A stretch of 64,000 nt of DNA from Desulfobacteraceae bacterium (GCA_011389745.1 JAABTQ010000001.1:16497-80496), one strand, 5' to 3'. Positions 39,518 to 49,231 are shown, counted from the first letter of the stretch. Made by a program: numbers and translations. The notes: generated from the letters alone by a model not told the origin.

Positions 39518-40798
39518 TTATTGTCGTGATACCTTTTTCATGTTTGCGGCAAGCTCTATGATTTCGGTTAAATCTTGCTGCATGGCACTCCATCCATACC
39601 ACAATGCATAATCAGGGTTGGCGTGAAAAGTCCCCTGAAAAGTTCTCATACGATGTTTTAAAAACATCAGGAAAAGCTTCTGTTCAATTACGGTGGGAGC
39701 GTCGTGAAATGCCAGAAGGTCCGGGAATGCGTAAGCATAATTTTCGGGTCTGGCCAAAATGCCTTCTTTATAAAGATCCGCCACAGTTTTGATGGCCTCC
39801 GCCATTAAACGGTCTGCGTTGCGAATCATCTCATCGCCTTTTTCCAACTCTCCTTTGACAAAGTTGATTGAATGACACTCATTGCAGATTTTAAGCATTT
39901 TATCCCGTTCAGCCTGCCAGTCTTCCTGGGTCAGACGGGCCATATCCGCTTGTTTGACAACTTCCAGCCGGGCGGTGGGATTGCCTTCCGGATCAAGCAC
40001 TCCAAGGGCTTGCAGAATCGTTGCCCGATCTGATGCCCACTGTTTGTCTTCGGGCATGGGAAGACGTACGGCAAGAAAGCCCCATGCGGTTCGGACCTCA
40101 TGATTGCCACTGCTCATGTGACAGGTCTGACATGTGGGTGCCGCAGCGTCCTCAGGCAGTTTGCCGATTTGTTTTAAAAGGAAGCGTACACCATGTTTGG
40201 ATGACTCATACATCTCCCATTGGGGGTGGTCAAAGCCCATATGGCAGGTCCGACAGGCCTGGGGCTGCCTGGCTTCTTCGCGGGAAAACAGGTGCCGTGT
40301 GTGGCATACATCGCAAGATGCCAATCCAAATCCCGGACTATCCTTTTTCAACTCCTGGATTTCTTCCTCGGTTTTAATTCCGTGTTTATGGCATCCGCCG
40401 CACCCTTTCATGCCTTCCGTGAGGGTCATCGGCTGCCAGTGAAATGTCGGCATGGCTTTCATGGCAGCCCATGCCAGCGCATGCTTCCCCTTTTTGAACT
40501 GATCAACCTGAGTCTCATGGCATGCAGCACAGGTTTCATGTGTGGCCAGCCTGGCATTTTGGGTGTCGTCATCGGACATGTGTTCTTTTCCATGGCAGGA
40601 AATGCAGGTCACATCGTTTTGGCTGTGGATGCTCAGTTTCCAGTCCGTGACGATCTGCGGTGTTTTCTGCAGGTGGCATTTCAGGCATTGCTCGCCGGCT
40701 GACATCTCATTTTCTGTAGCGGCAAACAGATTTTGAGTAAACCAAACGAGAAAGGCCGGTAAAACAAGAAACATCATGGCAAAACGACAAAATTTCAT
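39518..40798 (-). CDS. periplasmic octaheme c-type cytochrome (possibly HAO-like)
   Basis: Signal peptide MKFCRFAMMFLVLPAFLVWF...FAA, with GGAGGAGG upstream of ATG 40798. Eight CxxCH motifs: CLKCH, CISCH, CAACH, CGGCH, CDVCH, CRTCH, CQTCH, CNECH. Confidence 0.8.
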   Translation of the reverse strand: MKFCRFAMMFLVLPAFLVWFTQNLFAATENEMSAGEQCLKCHLQKTPQIVTDWKLSIHSQNDVTCISCHGKEHMSDDDTQNARLATHETCAACHETQVDQFKKGKHALAWAAMKAMPTFHWQPMTLTEGMKGCGGCHKHGIKTEEEIQELKKDSPGFGLASCDVCHTRHLFSREEARQPQACRTCHMGFDHPQWEMYESSKHGVRFLLKQIGKLPEDAAAPTCQTCHMSSGNHEVRTAWGFLAVRLPMPEDKQWASDRATILQALGVLDPEGNPTARLEVVKQADMARLTQEDWQAERDKMLKICNECHSINFVKGELEKGDEMIRNADRLMAEAIKTVADLYKEGILARPENYAYAFPDLLAFHDAPTVIEQKLFLMFLKHRMRTFQGTFHANPDYALWYGWSAMQQDLTEIIELAANMKKVSRQ

Positions 40799-40867
40799 GG
40801 CAGCCTCCTCCATCTTAAAAATTTGTTTCAAATACTACTTAGGCAAATCAATGTCAATCAAATGATC

Positions 40868-41941
40868 TTATAGACTGTCAAACGTTTCGCAGTTGCGGAA
40901 GATGTTATAGTTTTTTTCGTCCAGAGGATAATCCCAGGAGCCGGTCTGATGAACAATTTTACCACTAAAACCGGTTTTAAAACGATAGAGGCCGAAAAAG
41001 GGGTGTTCAGGGTCTTTAGAGGGTGAAACCGCCCCCAGATCATAGCTCAGACACCCTCTCAATCGTCCAAGTTGTATGGCCTTCCAGTGAATTGCGTAAG
41101 ATGCCATCAAATTCCTTTTTCGATTTGAAGAAGCTCCGAACAAATAGGTGGCTGTATGGCCGGAGATGGCAATAATAGCACCGGAGAGCAGATCATGATC
41201 ATGGCAGGCAAGAAGAAAGATAATTTCGCACGGTTTGGATGGCGAGGATAATGGCGAAAAAAGTGCGGAAAAGTGCCTGAATCCACAGAGATGAATATGG
41301 TTGCGTTTTGCCGTCTGCTGATACATGTCGTAGAAAGCCGGAAGTGAAGCAGGTGAAGCCTGGCATACCCTGACACCTTTTTTCAGAGCCAGACGAATAT
41401 TATACCGGGTTTTGGGTTTCATGTCCGACATAATTTTTACTTCCTCCCGGTCAATGTCCAGGATAACTTTGTCGGCGAAAGTATGATTCACCGCCGATTT
41501 TCTGAGATTCCAGGCTTTGGTGCCGAAATTCATACGCAGTTCCTGCAATCGAGCTTCAGGCCGCTGGAAGACCTGAGTCTGAGCTGAAGCATTGCATTGT
41601 TCAGCCGAATAGGGTGATTCCCAGGGAAGATCATACCGGATAAAGACGGTTCCCGTATCCAGATACTTGCTTATGGCCTCGGAAAGTGCTTCCAGGAAAA
41701 TACCGTACTGATCCGTTTCCGGACAAAATTCCGGCCCCTGCGGAACATAAGCCAACGAGAATCCGGATGGTGAGGTTTTTGTCAGTACAAGGACATCACC
41801 TTGCAATCCTGGGGAAGCCAGATCAAAAGCAAGTGACTCCCATCCAAGCCGAGATTTAACCGCGCTCCAGAACGCGGTCTGGAAAACAATATCTGTCGGA
41901 AATACTTCTCCTGCCTCCTTTTGTTTCAATGTTATCTTCAT
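40868..41941 (-). CDS. FemAB-family (peptidoglycan bridge aminoacyltransferase-like) protein
   Basis: 357 aa. N-terminal FQTAFWSAVKSRLGWES and a duplicated GNAT-like layout resemble the FemX/FemAB family. Assigned from pattern memory only. Confidence 0.5.
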   Translation of the reverse strand: MKITLKQKEAGEVFPTDIVFQTAFWSAVKSRLGWESLAFDLASPGLQGDVLVLTKTSPSGFSLAYVPQGPEFCPETDQYGIFLEALSEAISKYLDTGTVFIRYDLPWESPYSAEQCNASAQTQVFQRPEARLQELRMNFGTKAWNLRKSAVNHTFADKVILDIDREEVKIMSDMKPKTRYNIRLALKKGVRVCQASPASLPAFYDMYQQTAKRNHIHLCGFRHFSALFSPLSSPSKPCEIIFLLACHDHDLLSGAIIAISGHTATYLFGASSNRKRNLMASYAIHWKAIQLGRLRGCLSYDLGAVSPSKDPEHPFFGLYRFKTGFSGKIVHQTGSWDYPLDEKNYNIFRNCETFDSL

Positions 41942-42005
41942 TTTTCCCTCCTTATCAAACCAAATTTATTATTGCAGCACGAAAATAAAGAAATATAGGC
42001 ACTTT

Positions 42006-44684
42006 TCAAAACTTATTTCTCTTTGAGCGCTTGATTGTTTTTTCGATTTCTACCGCCCAAAATACTATCGAAGAAAGCAGTACTGTTAAAACCAGTTCCC
42101 CGGCAGTAAGCGGTGCGGTCTTGAATATCGGGTTCAGAAACGGCACATAAATGGTGGCCATCTGAAGGGCGATTGTCAGCAGGACTGCCCCAATAAGCGG
42201 TTTGTTGGACAAGGCCCCGCGCCTGAAAAAAGATTCCTCTTCTGATCGGATGGCCAGGACATGTCCCATCTGGCTTAAGCAAAGGACCGTAAAGACCATG
42301 GTTTGCCAGTGGGTCTGGCTTCCGTCGATAAACAAGGCCTGGGTTATGATGGAAACGGCACCCATGAGAAGTCCAACCCAGATGATGTGGGTACCAAGGC
42401 CGTGGGCGAAAATGCTTTCCTTAGGGTGTCTGGGGGGACGGTTCATGATGTTTTTTTCCCCGGGCTCGACAGCCAGAGCCAAACCTGGTACACCATCGGT
42501 CACCAGATTTATCCACAGAATATGGATCGGCAGCAGGGGAATCGGGAGGCCGAGAAAAGGCGCCAGAAAAATGGTGCAGATCTCGCCTGAATTGCTGGTC
42601 AGGGTGTATTTGATGAACTTGCGGATGTTGTCGAAGATGCGCCGTCCTTCCCGGACCGCCTTGACAATAGTGGCAAAGTCGTCGTTCAGCAGGATCATAT
42701 GGGATGCTTCCTTGGAAACATCGGTGCCGGTAATACCCATGGCTATCCCAATATCCGCTCTTTTCAAAGCCGGGGCATCATTGACGCCGTCCCCGGTCAT
42801 TGCCACAAAGTGACCTTTATCCTGCAGGGCACTGACAATCTTTAGCTTCTGCTCGGGAGCGACCCGGGCGTAAACCCTTATCTTTTCAACCTTGTATTCA
42901 AATTCCTTTAGCGGAAGCTTTGCCAGTTCCCGGCCTGTCATGACAGCCTTTCCATTATTCCGGATAATTCCAACCCGCCTGGCAATAACCTCGGCTGTCA
43001 GAGGGTGGTCTCCTGTGATCATTACCGGACGGATACCCGCAGAGCGGCACATGGCCACCGACTCTTTAGCCTCAGGTCTGGGCGGGTCCATCATGCCGAC
43101 GATCCCGATAAAGACCAACTCTGTTTCCGCTTTTTCCGTGCTCAGCGGATCAGGAATGGCCTCCCAGGTTCGCATTGCAAAACCCAACGTTCTCAAACCG
43201 TTTCCGGCGATATCTTCAGCAGTCTCCGTGATTTTTGAGCGGTTAATTTCTTCCTGGCCTTGATCAGTAAACATCTTTCCGGAACGTTCCAATATTTCTT
43301 CAACTGCCCCTTTTGTGAAAGAAACAATCCCCCCATTTTCCCATGGATGAAAAGTGGTCATGAGTTTTCGGCCTGAATCAAAGGGAATTTCGGCCAACCT
43401 GGGGTATTTCTTGTCAAGTCTCTCGCTGGGGTAGCCTTTCTCCCGGGCCAAATCGAACAGGGCCTTTTCGGTAGGATCACCGATCACCTCTCCTGAACCC
43501 TCCAGACGGGCATCAATGCAAAGGGCCATGCTTTTGATCAGTAAATCGAAAGGGTCACTGGCTGAAAGCTGACTATCCTCGGATTCCATTATATCCCTGG
43601 GAGACAGTTCCTCTGAGCTTTTCAACCGGCCACCTGCATAGAGTTGTTCCACGGTCATCCGATTCAAGGTCAGTGTCCCGGTCTTATCGGAGCAGATGTA
43701 GGTAACCGATCCCAGGGTCTCTACCGCCGGCAGTTTTCGGATCAATGCCTCTTGCTTGACAAGTTTTTTGGCACCCAGGGCTAATGAGATGGTAATGACT
43801 GCCGGCAAAGCCTCCGGAATGGCGGCCACCGCCAGAGATATTGCAGTAAGAAGCATCAAAAGCGGAGGTTCTCCACGAAGAAGACCGGACAGAAAAACAA
43901 TGGCACAAATGGCCAGGACAGCATAGGCAAGCTTCTGACCGAAAGAGCTAAGCCGTTTCTGAAGCGGTGTCCGTCCTTCATCCTGGTCCTGAATCAGTGA
44001 AGCAATTCGTCCGATTTCCGTTTTCATCCCGGTGGCTACAACAACTCCCTCTCCACGGCCATTGGTAACCAGGGTGGTTTTATAAGCCATGTTTTTCCGA
44101 TCCCCGATAGGCAGGTCCGTTTCTCTGAGTGCCTTGATGTCTTTTTCCACCGGCATGGATTCACCGGTCAAAGCCGCCTCATCGATTCTAAGCTGTACCG
44201 TTTCCGTCAGCCTCATGTCCGCCGGAATGACATTGCCGGCTTCAAGAATCACAAGATCTCCGGGAACAAGCCGCTGCGCACTGACCGACTCAGGGTGTCC
44301 ATCCCTAATGACGGTTGCCGAAGGAGCGGACAAATTTTTTAAAGCGTCCATTGCTTTTTCAGCGCGATATTCCTGAACGAACCCAAGCACGGCATTCAAT
44401 ATGACAATAACGGCGATGGCGATGGTATCCGTAGGCTCACCGATCACTCCGGCTACAACAGCGGCGGCGATCAGCACCAGAATCATAAAATCTCTGAACT
44501 GATCTATAAACATCATCCACAATGATTTACGTTTTTTCTCGACCAGTTCGTTGGAACCATATTGCTCAAAACGACTTTGGGCATCTTCAGAGGTCAACCC
44601 TCTGTCGGATGATTTCAGGTTTTCCAGAACTTCCTTTGGTTCAATCTGATGCCAGCTGACCTGACTGTTTTCCTTTTTATGCAT
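42006..44684 (-). CDS. cation-transporting P-type ATPase (type II, Ca2+/Mg2+-like)
   Basis: TGES, phosphorylation site CSDKTGTLT, MITGDH, MTGDGVNDAPALKRADIGIAMG, and about 10 TM helices. Confidence 0.9.
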   Translation of the reverse strand: MHKKENSQVSWHQIEPKEVLENLKSSDRGLTSEDAQSRFEQYGSNELVEKKRKSLWMMFIDQFRDFMILVLIAAAVVAGVIGEPTDTIAIAVIVILNAVLGFVQEYRAEKAMDALKNLSAPSATVIRDGHPESVSAQRLVPGDLVILEAGNVIPADMRLTETVQLRIDEAALTGESMPVEKDIKALRETDLPIGDRKNMAYKTTLVTNGRGEGVVVATGMKTEIGRIASLIQDQDEGRTPLQKRLSSFGQKLAYAVLAICAIVFLSGLLRGEPPLLMLLTAISLAVAAIPEALPAVITISLALGAKKLVKQEALIRKLPAVETLGSVTYICSDKTGTLTLNRMTVEQLYAGGRLKSSEELSPRDIMESEDSQLSASDPFDLLIKSMALCIDARLEGSGEVIGDPTEKALFDLAREKGYPSERLDKKYPRLAEIPFDSGRKLMTTFHPWENGGIVSFTKGAVEEILERSGKMFTDQGQEEINRSKITETAEDIAGNGLRTLGFAMRTWEAIPDPLSTEKAETELVFIGIVGMMDPPRPEAKESVAMCRSAGIRPVMITGDHPLTAEVIARRVGIIRNNGKAVMTGRELAKLPLKEFEYKVEKIRVYARVAPEQKLKIVSALQDKGHFVAMTGDGVNDAPALKRADIGIAMGITGTDVSKEASHMILLNDDFATIVKAVREGRRIFDNIRKFIKYTLTSNSGEICTIFLAPFLGLPIPLLPIHILWINLVTDGVPGLALAVEPGEKNIMNRPPRHPKESIFAHGLGTHIIWVGLLMGAVSIITQALFIDGSQTHWQTMVFTVLCLSQMGHVLAIRSEEESFFRRGALSNKPLIGAVLLTIALQMATIYVPFLNPIFKTAPLTAGELVLTVLLSSIVFWAVEIEKTIKRSKRNKF

Positions 44685-45409
44685 GATTTTTAATGCCTCT
44701 TTAAAATGGCCATAGGCCTATCAACCAAGCAATGTTTAATGGGTATTTATTGACGACTATAAACTTAAATCCGACTCACCGCAACCCTCATGATATCCAA
44801 AACATCAAATCCCGTTACATCTTTTGATCACTTTTTATTCCAGATTCCGGCCTTTACCACCCTTTTTATGAAGCCTTGCTCCCTGAGTGTTTTACTGCAA
44901 ATTTTTTCAGGTTCTGCCGGGATGCCTCCGGTTTGCATAAAGCCTATAAACCTCGGACAAATCTACAAGTTCTTGTATGTATCGCACTCTGGAAGACCTT
45001 CTTTTGCGCATCAATAACCAAGAAATCAAGATCCCTTAATAATTTTTCGTGAAGAGCATAACTTTCAGACATGATCCAAGGTGAGCGGGTGCGGTATTCA
45101 AAACCGCACCCGGAAACCGGTGGGCCGCTTTGAAGCGGAAAATTCAATAGGATGGATAAAGTAATTTACTTAAAGGTGCAGAAGATCGACTACAAAAGCA
45201 AATCCTCGCATTATCTAATCCGGAGGTTTGCTCTTAAGAAACAACAACAACAATCAGGAAATTTTTTGGCTTCCTTTGTAGACTTATATCGAAATCACAT
45301 GTTAGGCGCCAAAAAATTTAAAGAGTTCGTTTATCTGAGGTTATCCCAAAAGTCAAGATAAATTTTGGGAAATAAAAAATATATTGAACCAGACAGTCCA
45401 AGGTTCTTT

Positions 45410-45488
45410 GTCATGCCGGACTTGCTCGGGCATCCAGAAAAACCAGCTTCTTGAATCCACCTGGATTCCGGCCTCCGCTGGAATGACG
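45410..45488. repeat. pair of inverted REP-like hairpin elements
   Basis: The first copy is gtcatgccggacttgctcgggcatccag. A 23-nt spacer separates it from the second copy, ctggattccggcctccgctggaatgac(g). The second copy is the reverse orientation of the 24408-24436 element. Confidence 0.65.
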
Positions 45489-45493
45489 ATACA

Positions 45494-45616
45494 AAAAGAA
45501 GGATTTTCATGCAGGATTTCAATCAGTTGTTCGGCTTTTGGACGCAAACCGGCGGCGCATAGCTTTTTGGCGTCTCTTTGGGCCTGTTTTGTGAAAACGA
45601 CCTGCCACATTATCAA
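45494..45616 (-). pseudogene. Txe/YoeB-family toxin relic (N-terminal half only)
   Basis: MWQVVFTKQAQRDAKKLCAAGLRPKAEQLIEILHENPSF matches the N-terminal half of Txe/YoeB-type toxins as I recall them. The frame then runs into the hairpin repeat (translated ...VIPAEAGIQ...). No antitoxin gene fits upstream. Confidence 0.5.
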
Positions 45617-45774
45617 TCAAGTTCCCGGGTACCTCAAAAAAAATCATGCATGATCGACAACCTTTCTTGCACCCTTAGAGGGAATATGCGAACCTTATAA
45701 AAACAGGCTTCCAATTCGCTCGGAACCTCAAGTACCATCCTGGAGCACCAAATGATGATATCGGCAAATTTCCC

Positions 45775-48714
45775 ATGGGTATGACGATGGATTACAAGGA
45801 ATTACTCGAAAAATATAATATACTTTTGGAGGAAGCAGATCGCTTAACAAAAGAAAACATTCAATTGAAAGCACAACTTGGACTATCGAAATCAGAGCTT
45901 TCCCGAAATACTGCCTCTGCAATAAATTCAGAAAAATGTATACCTGACGATAAACCGACAGACAGAAACTGTTTTTCAGATGTGGACAGCCAATCGGATA
46001 CTATCTCCAAGATCGGTCTGTTCAAGTCACTTTTCAAAGGCCGTGATGATGTCTACGCGAAACGATGGGAAAATAAGAATAAGGGGACATCGGGTTATTC
46101 ACCTGTTTGTCTGAATCAGTGGCAAACAGGGATATGCGGCAAACCAAAAATGTCCTGTTCCAAATGCGAACACAAGTTGTATGCCGCTTTGGATAAAGAT
46201 GTCGTTGAGAATCACCTGAGAGGAAATATTGTTGTAGGCATCTATCCAATGCTTCCGGATGAAACGTGCTGTTTTTTGGCAATGGATTTTGACGAAGCAG
46301 ACTGGCAAAATGATATCGCTGTTTTCAGAAATGTTTGCATCGAGTTCAATATTCCTGTTGCTGTCGAACGGTCCCGGTCCGGAAAAGGCGGTCATGTTTG
46401 GTTTTTCTTTGAAAATTGGGTTTCGGCTGCTTTGGCACGCAAATTCGGCACTGCCCTGCTTACCTGTTCCATGAGCAGAAGACATGAAATCCGGTTTAAA
46501 TCATATGACAGGCTGTTTCCCAGTCAGGACACCATGCCCAGAGGTGGTTTAGGAAATTTGATTGCACTGCCCCTGCAAAAAGCGGCAAGAGAAAACGGTA
46601 ACAGCGAATTTACCGATGAAAAATTTCGATCCTATTCTGACCAATGGGCATTCTTGTCCACAATCCAGAAAATATCCGTAAACCGTCTTGAAAATCTCAT
46701 TATGGATCTTTGTCCTGGTCATGAACTGGGAGTTTTAAAAATCGACGAGGAAGAGGAAAAACCCTGGGTATCGAATAAAGAAAAAATCCCACTGCAAAAA
46801 ATTGATTTTCCGAAGCAACTGGACATTGTTAAAGCAAATATGCTTTTTATTCCAAAGGCAATGATTTCCCAAAGGGCGCTGAACAGGTTAAAACGGCTCG
46901 CGTCTTTTAAGAACCCGATGTTTTACAAACAGCAAGCCATGCGTTTACCGACTTATGGGCATTCAAGAGTCGTCTCCTGCGCAGATGAAACCAAAAATTA
47001 CCTGTGTGTGCCAAGAGGATGCGAGTCTGAATTGTCCCATGAACTTGAAGAACTCGGAATTGATATTCGGTTTATTGACAAAACTTATAGCGGGAAATGG
47101 ATTGATGTGGAATTCAACGGACAACTCAGAGATGAACAATCCTTGGCTCTCAGAGCCCTGATGCAGCATGATACCGGAATACTTTCAGGCACAACAGCCT
47201 TTGGTAAAACAATTGTGGCAATTAAGCTGATTGCCGAGAAAAAAGTAAATACCCTGATCCTGGTTGACAAGGTCACACTGCTGTCGCAATGGAAAGAAAA
47301 GCTGTCGGAATTTCTGGTTGTAAATGAACCATTGCCGGAACAGCCTGCTGCCAGAGGCAAGAAAAGGGGACGAAAGAGGGAAATAAGGGTTATCGGTCAA
47401 TTGGGCGCAGGTAAAAATGCGTTAAGCGGTATTGTGGATATTGCCGTAATGCAATCGCTGAGCCGAAAGGGAGAGGTCAAACAATGCGTTAAAAATTACG
47501 GCATGATCATTGCCGATGAATGTCATCATGCTTCAGCATTTACCTATGAACAAATTCTGAAAACCGCCCATGCGAAATATATCTATGGTCTGACCGCCAC
47601 ACCGACAAGGAAAGATGGGCATCATCCGATTCTGTTCATGCATTGCGGTCCCATTCGATATCGGGATAATCCCAAAAAACAAGCGGAGAAGAGACCCTTT
47701 GACCACTATATCGTTCCGCGATTTACCTCTTTAAGGGTTCCTGTGAACAGCGATGAAAATGATCTGTCTATCCAGGATTTATATACCGAAATCATGGATA
47801 ACGACTTCAGGAATCAACAAATTATCGAAGATGTGCTGAAAAATTATCATCAAGGCAGAAACTGCATTGTTCTATCGCTCAGAACCGCCCATGTTGAATT
47901 GCTTGCCAAGAAATTAAAGGAAGAAGTTCCGGATGTCATAACAATGATGGGCGGTATGGGAAAAAAAACAACGCAGGCGGTTTTTCAACACCTCACCGAT
48001 ATTCCTGATGACAAAAATATCATCCTGGTGGCTACCGGTCATTTTATCGGGGAAGGTTTTGACGAGCCACGCCTTGATACGCTGTTTTTAGCCATGCCGA
48101 TATCATGGAAAGGCACGCTGCAGCAATACGCCGGGAGGCTTCACCGGCTGTTCAAAACGAAAAAAGAAGTGCGAATCTATGACTATGTAGATATCCAGGT
48201 AAAGGTGATGGAAAAAATGTATCAAAAACGGTTAAATGGATATGCATCGATGGGATATAAAGCCAAAGGCGAGGAAAACATGAATTCGTCTTTGGATATC
48301 ATTTTTAATAAAGATAATTTTTTACCGATTTTCAATCAGGATATCCTTTCCGCTAAAAAAGAGATTGTCATCGTAAGCCCGTTTGTCAGGAAAAAACGCA
48401 CCCACCAAATGATGCAACACCTGAAAATCCAAACCGCCAAAAATATCCGCGTTATAGCCGTAACCCGGCCTAAAGAGGATTTTACACCGAAAGATCATGC
48501 CGCCTTGCAAAATACGCTGAACCTGCTGACAAGTAACGGAGTAAGTATCGTTTTTAAATCAAATATCCACCAGAAATTTGCAATCATGGATCAAACGGTT
48601 GTGTGGTATGGCAGCATCAATCTTTTAAGCTATGGAGGCGCACAGGAAAGCATCATGCGAATTGAAAGTTCCAATATTGCGAATGAATTAATGAAAAGCA
48701 TGGGAGGTGCATAA
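45775..48714 (+). CDS. fusion protein: coiled-coil + Cys cluster + AEP primase-polymerase + SF2 (DEAH, ResIII-like) helicase + PLD-family (HKD) nuclease
   Basis: AEP motifs LAMDFDEADW (DxD 46285-46293) and RSGKGGHVWFFF (46381-46401). Helicase Walker A GTTAFGKT (47188-47211), DECH (47515-47526), GLTATP and QQYAGRLHR. C-terminal HQKFAIMD...GSINL (HxKxxxxD 48568-48591). The true start may be ATG 45784 or 45790. Confidence 0.8.
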   Translation: MGMTMDYKELLEKYNILLEEADRLTKENIQLKAQLGLSKSELSRNTASAINSEKCIPDDKPTDRNCFSDVDSQSDTISKIGLFKSLFKGRDDVYAKRWENKNKGTSGYSPVCLNQWQTGICGKPKMSCSKCEHKLYAALDKDVVENHLRGNIVVGIYPMLPDETCCFLAMDFDEADWQNDIAVFRNVCIEFNIPVAVERSRSGKGGHVWFFFENWVSAALARKFGTALLTCSMSRRHEIRFKSYDRLFPSQDTMPRGGLGNLIALPLQKAARENGNSEFTDEKFRSYSDQWAFLSTIQKISVNRLENLIMDLCPGHELGVLKIDEEEEKPWVSNKEKIPLQKIDFPKQLDIVKANMLFIPKAMISQRALNRLKRLASFKNPMFYKQQAMRLPTYGHSRVVSCADETKNYLCVPRGCESELSHELEELGIDIRFIDKTYSGKWIDVEFNGQLRDEQSLALRALMQHDTGILSGTTAFGKTIVAIKLIAEKKVNTLILVDKVTLLSQWKEKLSEFLVVNEPLPEQPAARGKKRGRKREIRVIGQLGAGKNALSGIVDIAVMQSLSRKGEVKQCVKNYGMIIADECHHASAFTYEQILKTAHAKYIYGLTATPTRKDGHHPILFMHCGPIRYRDNPKKQAEKRPFDHYIVPRFTSLRVPVNSDENDLSIQDLYTEIMDNDFRNQQIIEDVLKNYHQGRNCIVLSLRTAHVELLAKKLKEEVPDVITMMGGMGKKTTQAVFQHLTDIPDDKNIILVATGHFIGEGFDEPRLDTLFLAMPISWKGTLQQYAGRLHRLFKTKKEVRIYDYVDIQVKVMEKMYQKRLNGYASMGYKAKGEENMNSSLDIIFNKDNFLPIFNQDILSAKKEIVIVSPFVRKKRTHQMMQHLKIQTAKNIRVIAVTRPKEDFTPKDHAALQNTLNLLTSNGVSIVFKSNIHQKFAIMDQTVVWYGSINLLSYGGAQESIMRIESSNIANELMKSMGGA

Positions 48715-48925
48715 CCTCGCATATGGGTCGTTAGTGTATGGAATTGGGATTGAATGTGGGAAGGAATTTGAATCATATTCGAAGTTATCCGATTGCGATA
48801 TATTAGAATAAAATTCATGTTATCCATGTGGAGAAATCAGAAATGATCAAGATATTTCTTGTGAATCTATTTTTTTTAAAGTAATTTATCAGAAACTTTA
48901 TAATAACTTGTTCGGCAAGCAAGAA

Positions 48926-49231
48926 ATGATCGAGTCTCGGAACTGGAAAGAAGAGAATCAGCGGATAGCTCAAGGTCTGCAGAAGGTTGCTCGGCCGCCT
49001 CGCTGGAGTGAGCGGGCATACTGCATTCTTGAGAGAGACCTCATGCTGAGCTCCTTTATGCTTTGGAGCCTTATCGAACTGCACAAGGTTTCGCGGCGAA
49101 CCAGTGACCAGATATTGTGCGTATTCTCATACAAGGTGGTTGGAAAGAACGTCAATCGACTGAACGGGCATCACATCTGGGATCTCTACGATATGGAGCA
49201 AGAACGACTAGAACAAAAGAAGCCTTTGTAG
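48926..49231 (+). CDS. hypothetical protein (possible cassette ORF)
   Basis: Longest ORF in this segment, with the same orientation as the downstream attC-like site. Antisense ORFs compete for the same DNA. No motif recognised. Confidence 0.25.
   Translation: MIESRNWKEENQRIAQGLQKVARPPRWSERAYCILERDLMLSSFMLWSLIELHKVSRRTSDQILCVFSYKVVGKNVNRLNGHHIWDLYDMEQERLEQKKPL

Noticed and set aside
48715-48909. attI site and integron integrase to the left of the attC-like sites
   Set aside because: The segment is AT-rich non-coding DNA ending in a GTTCGGC core. No intI-like ORF exists in the window, because the left neighbour is the primase-helicase-nuclease gene. Only the cassette-cluster interpretation is retained.
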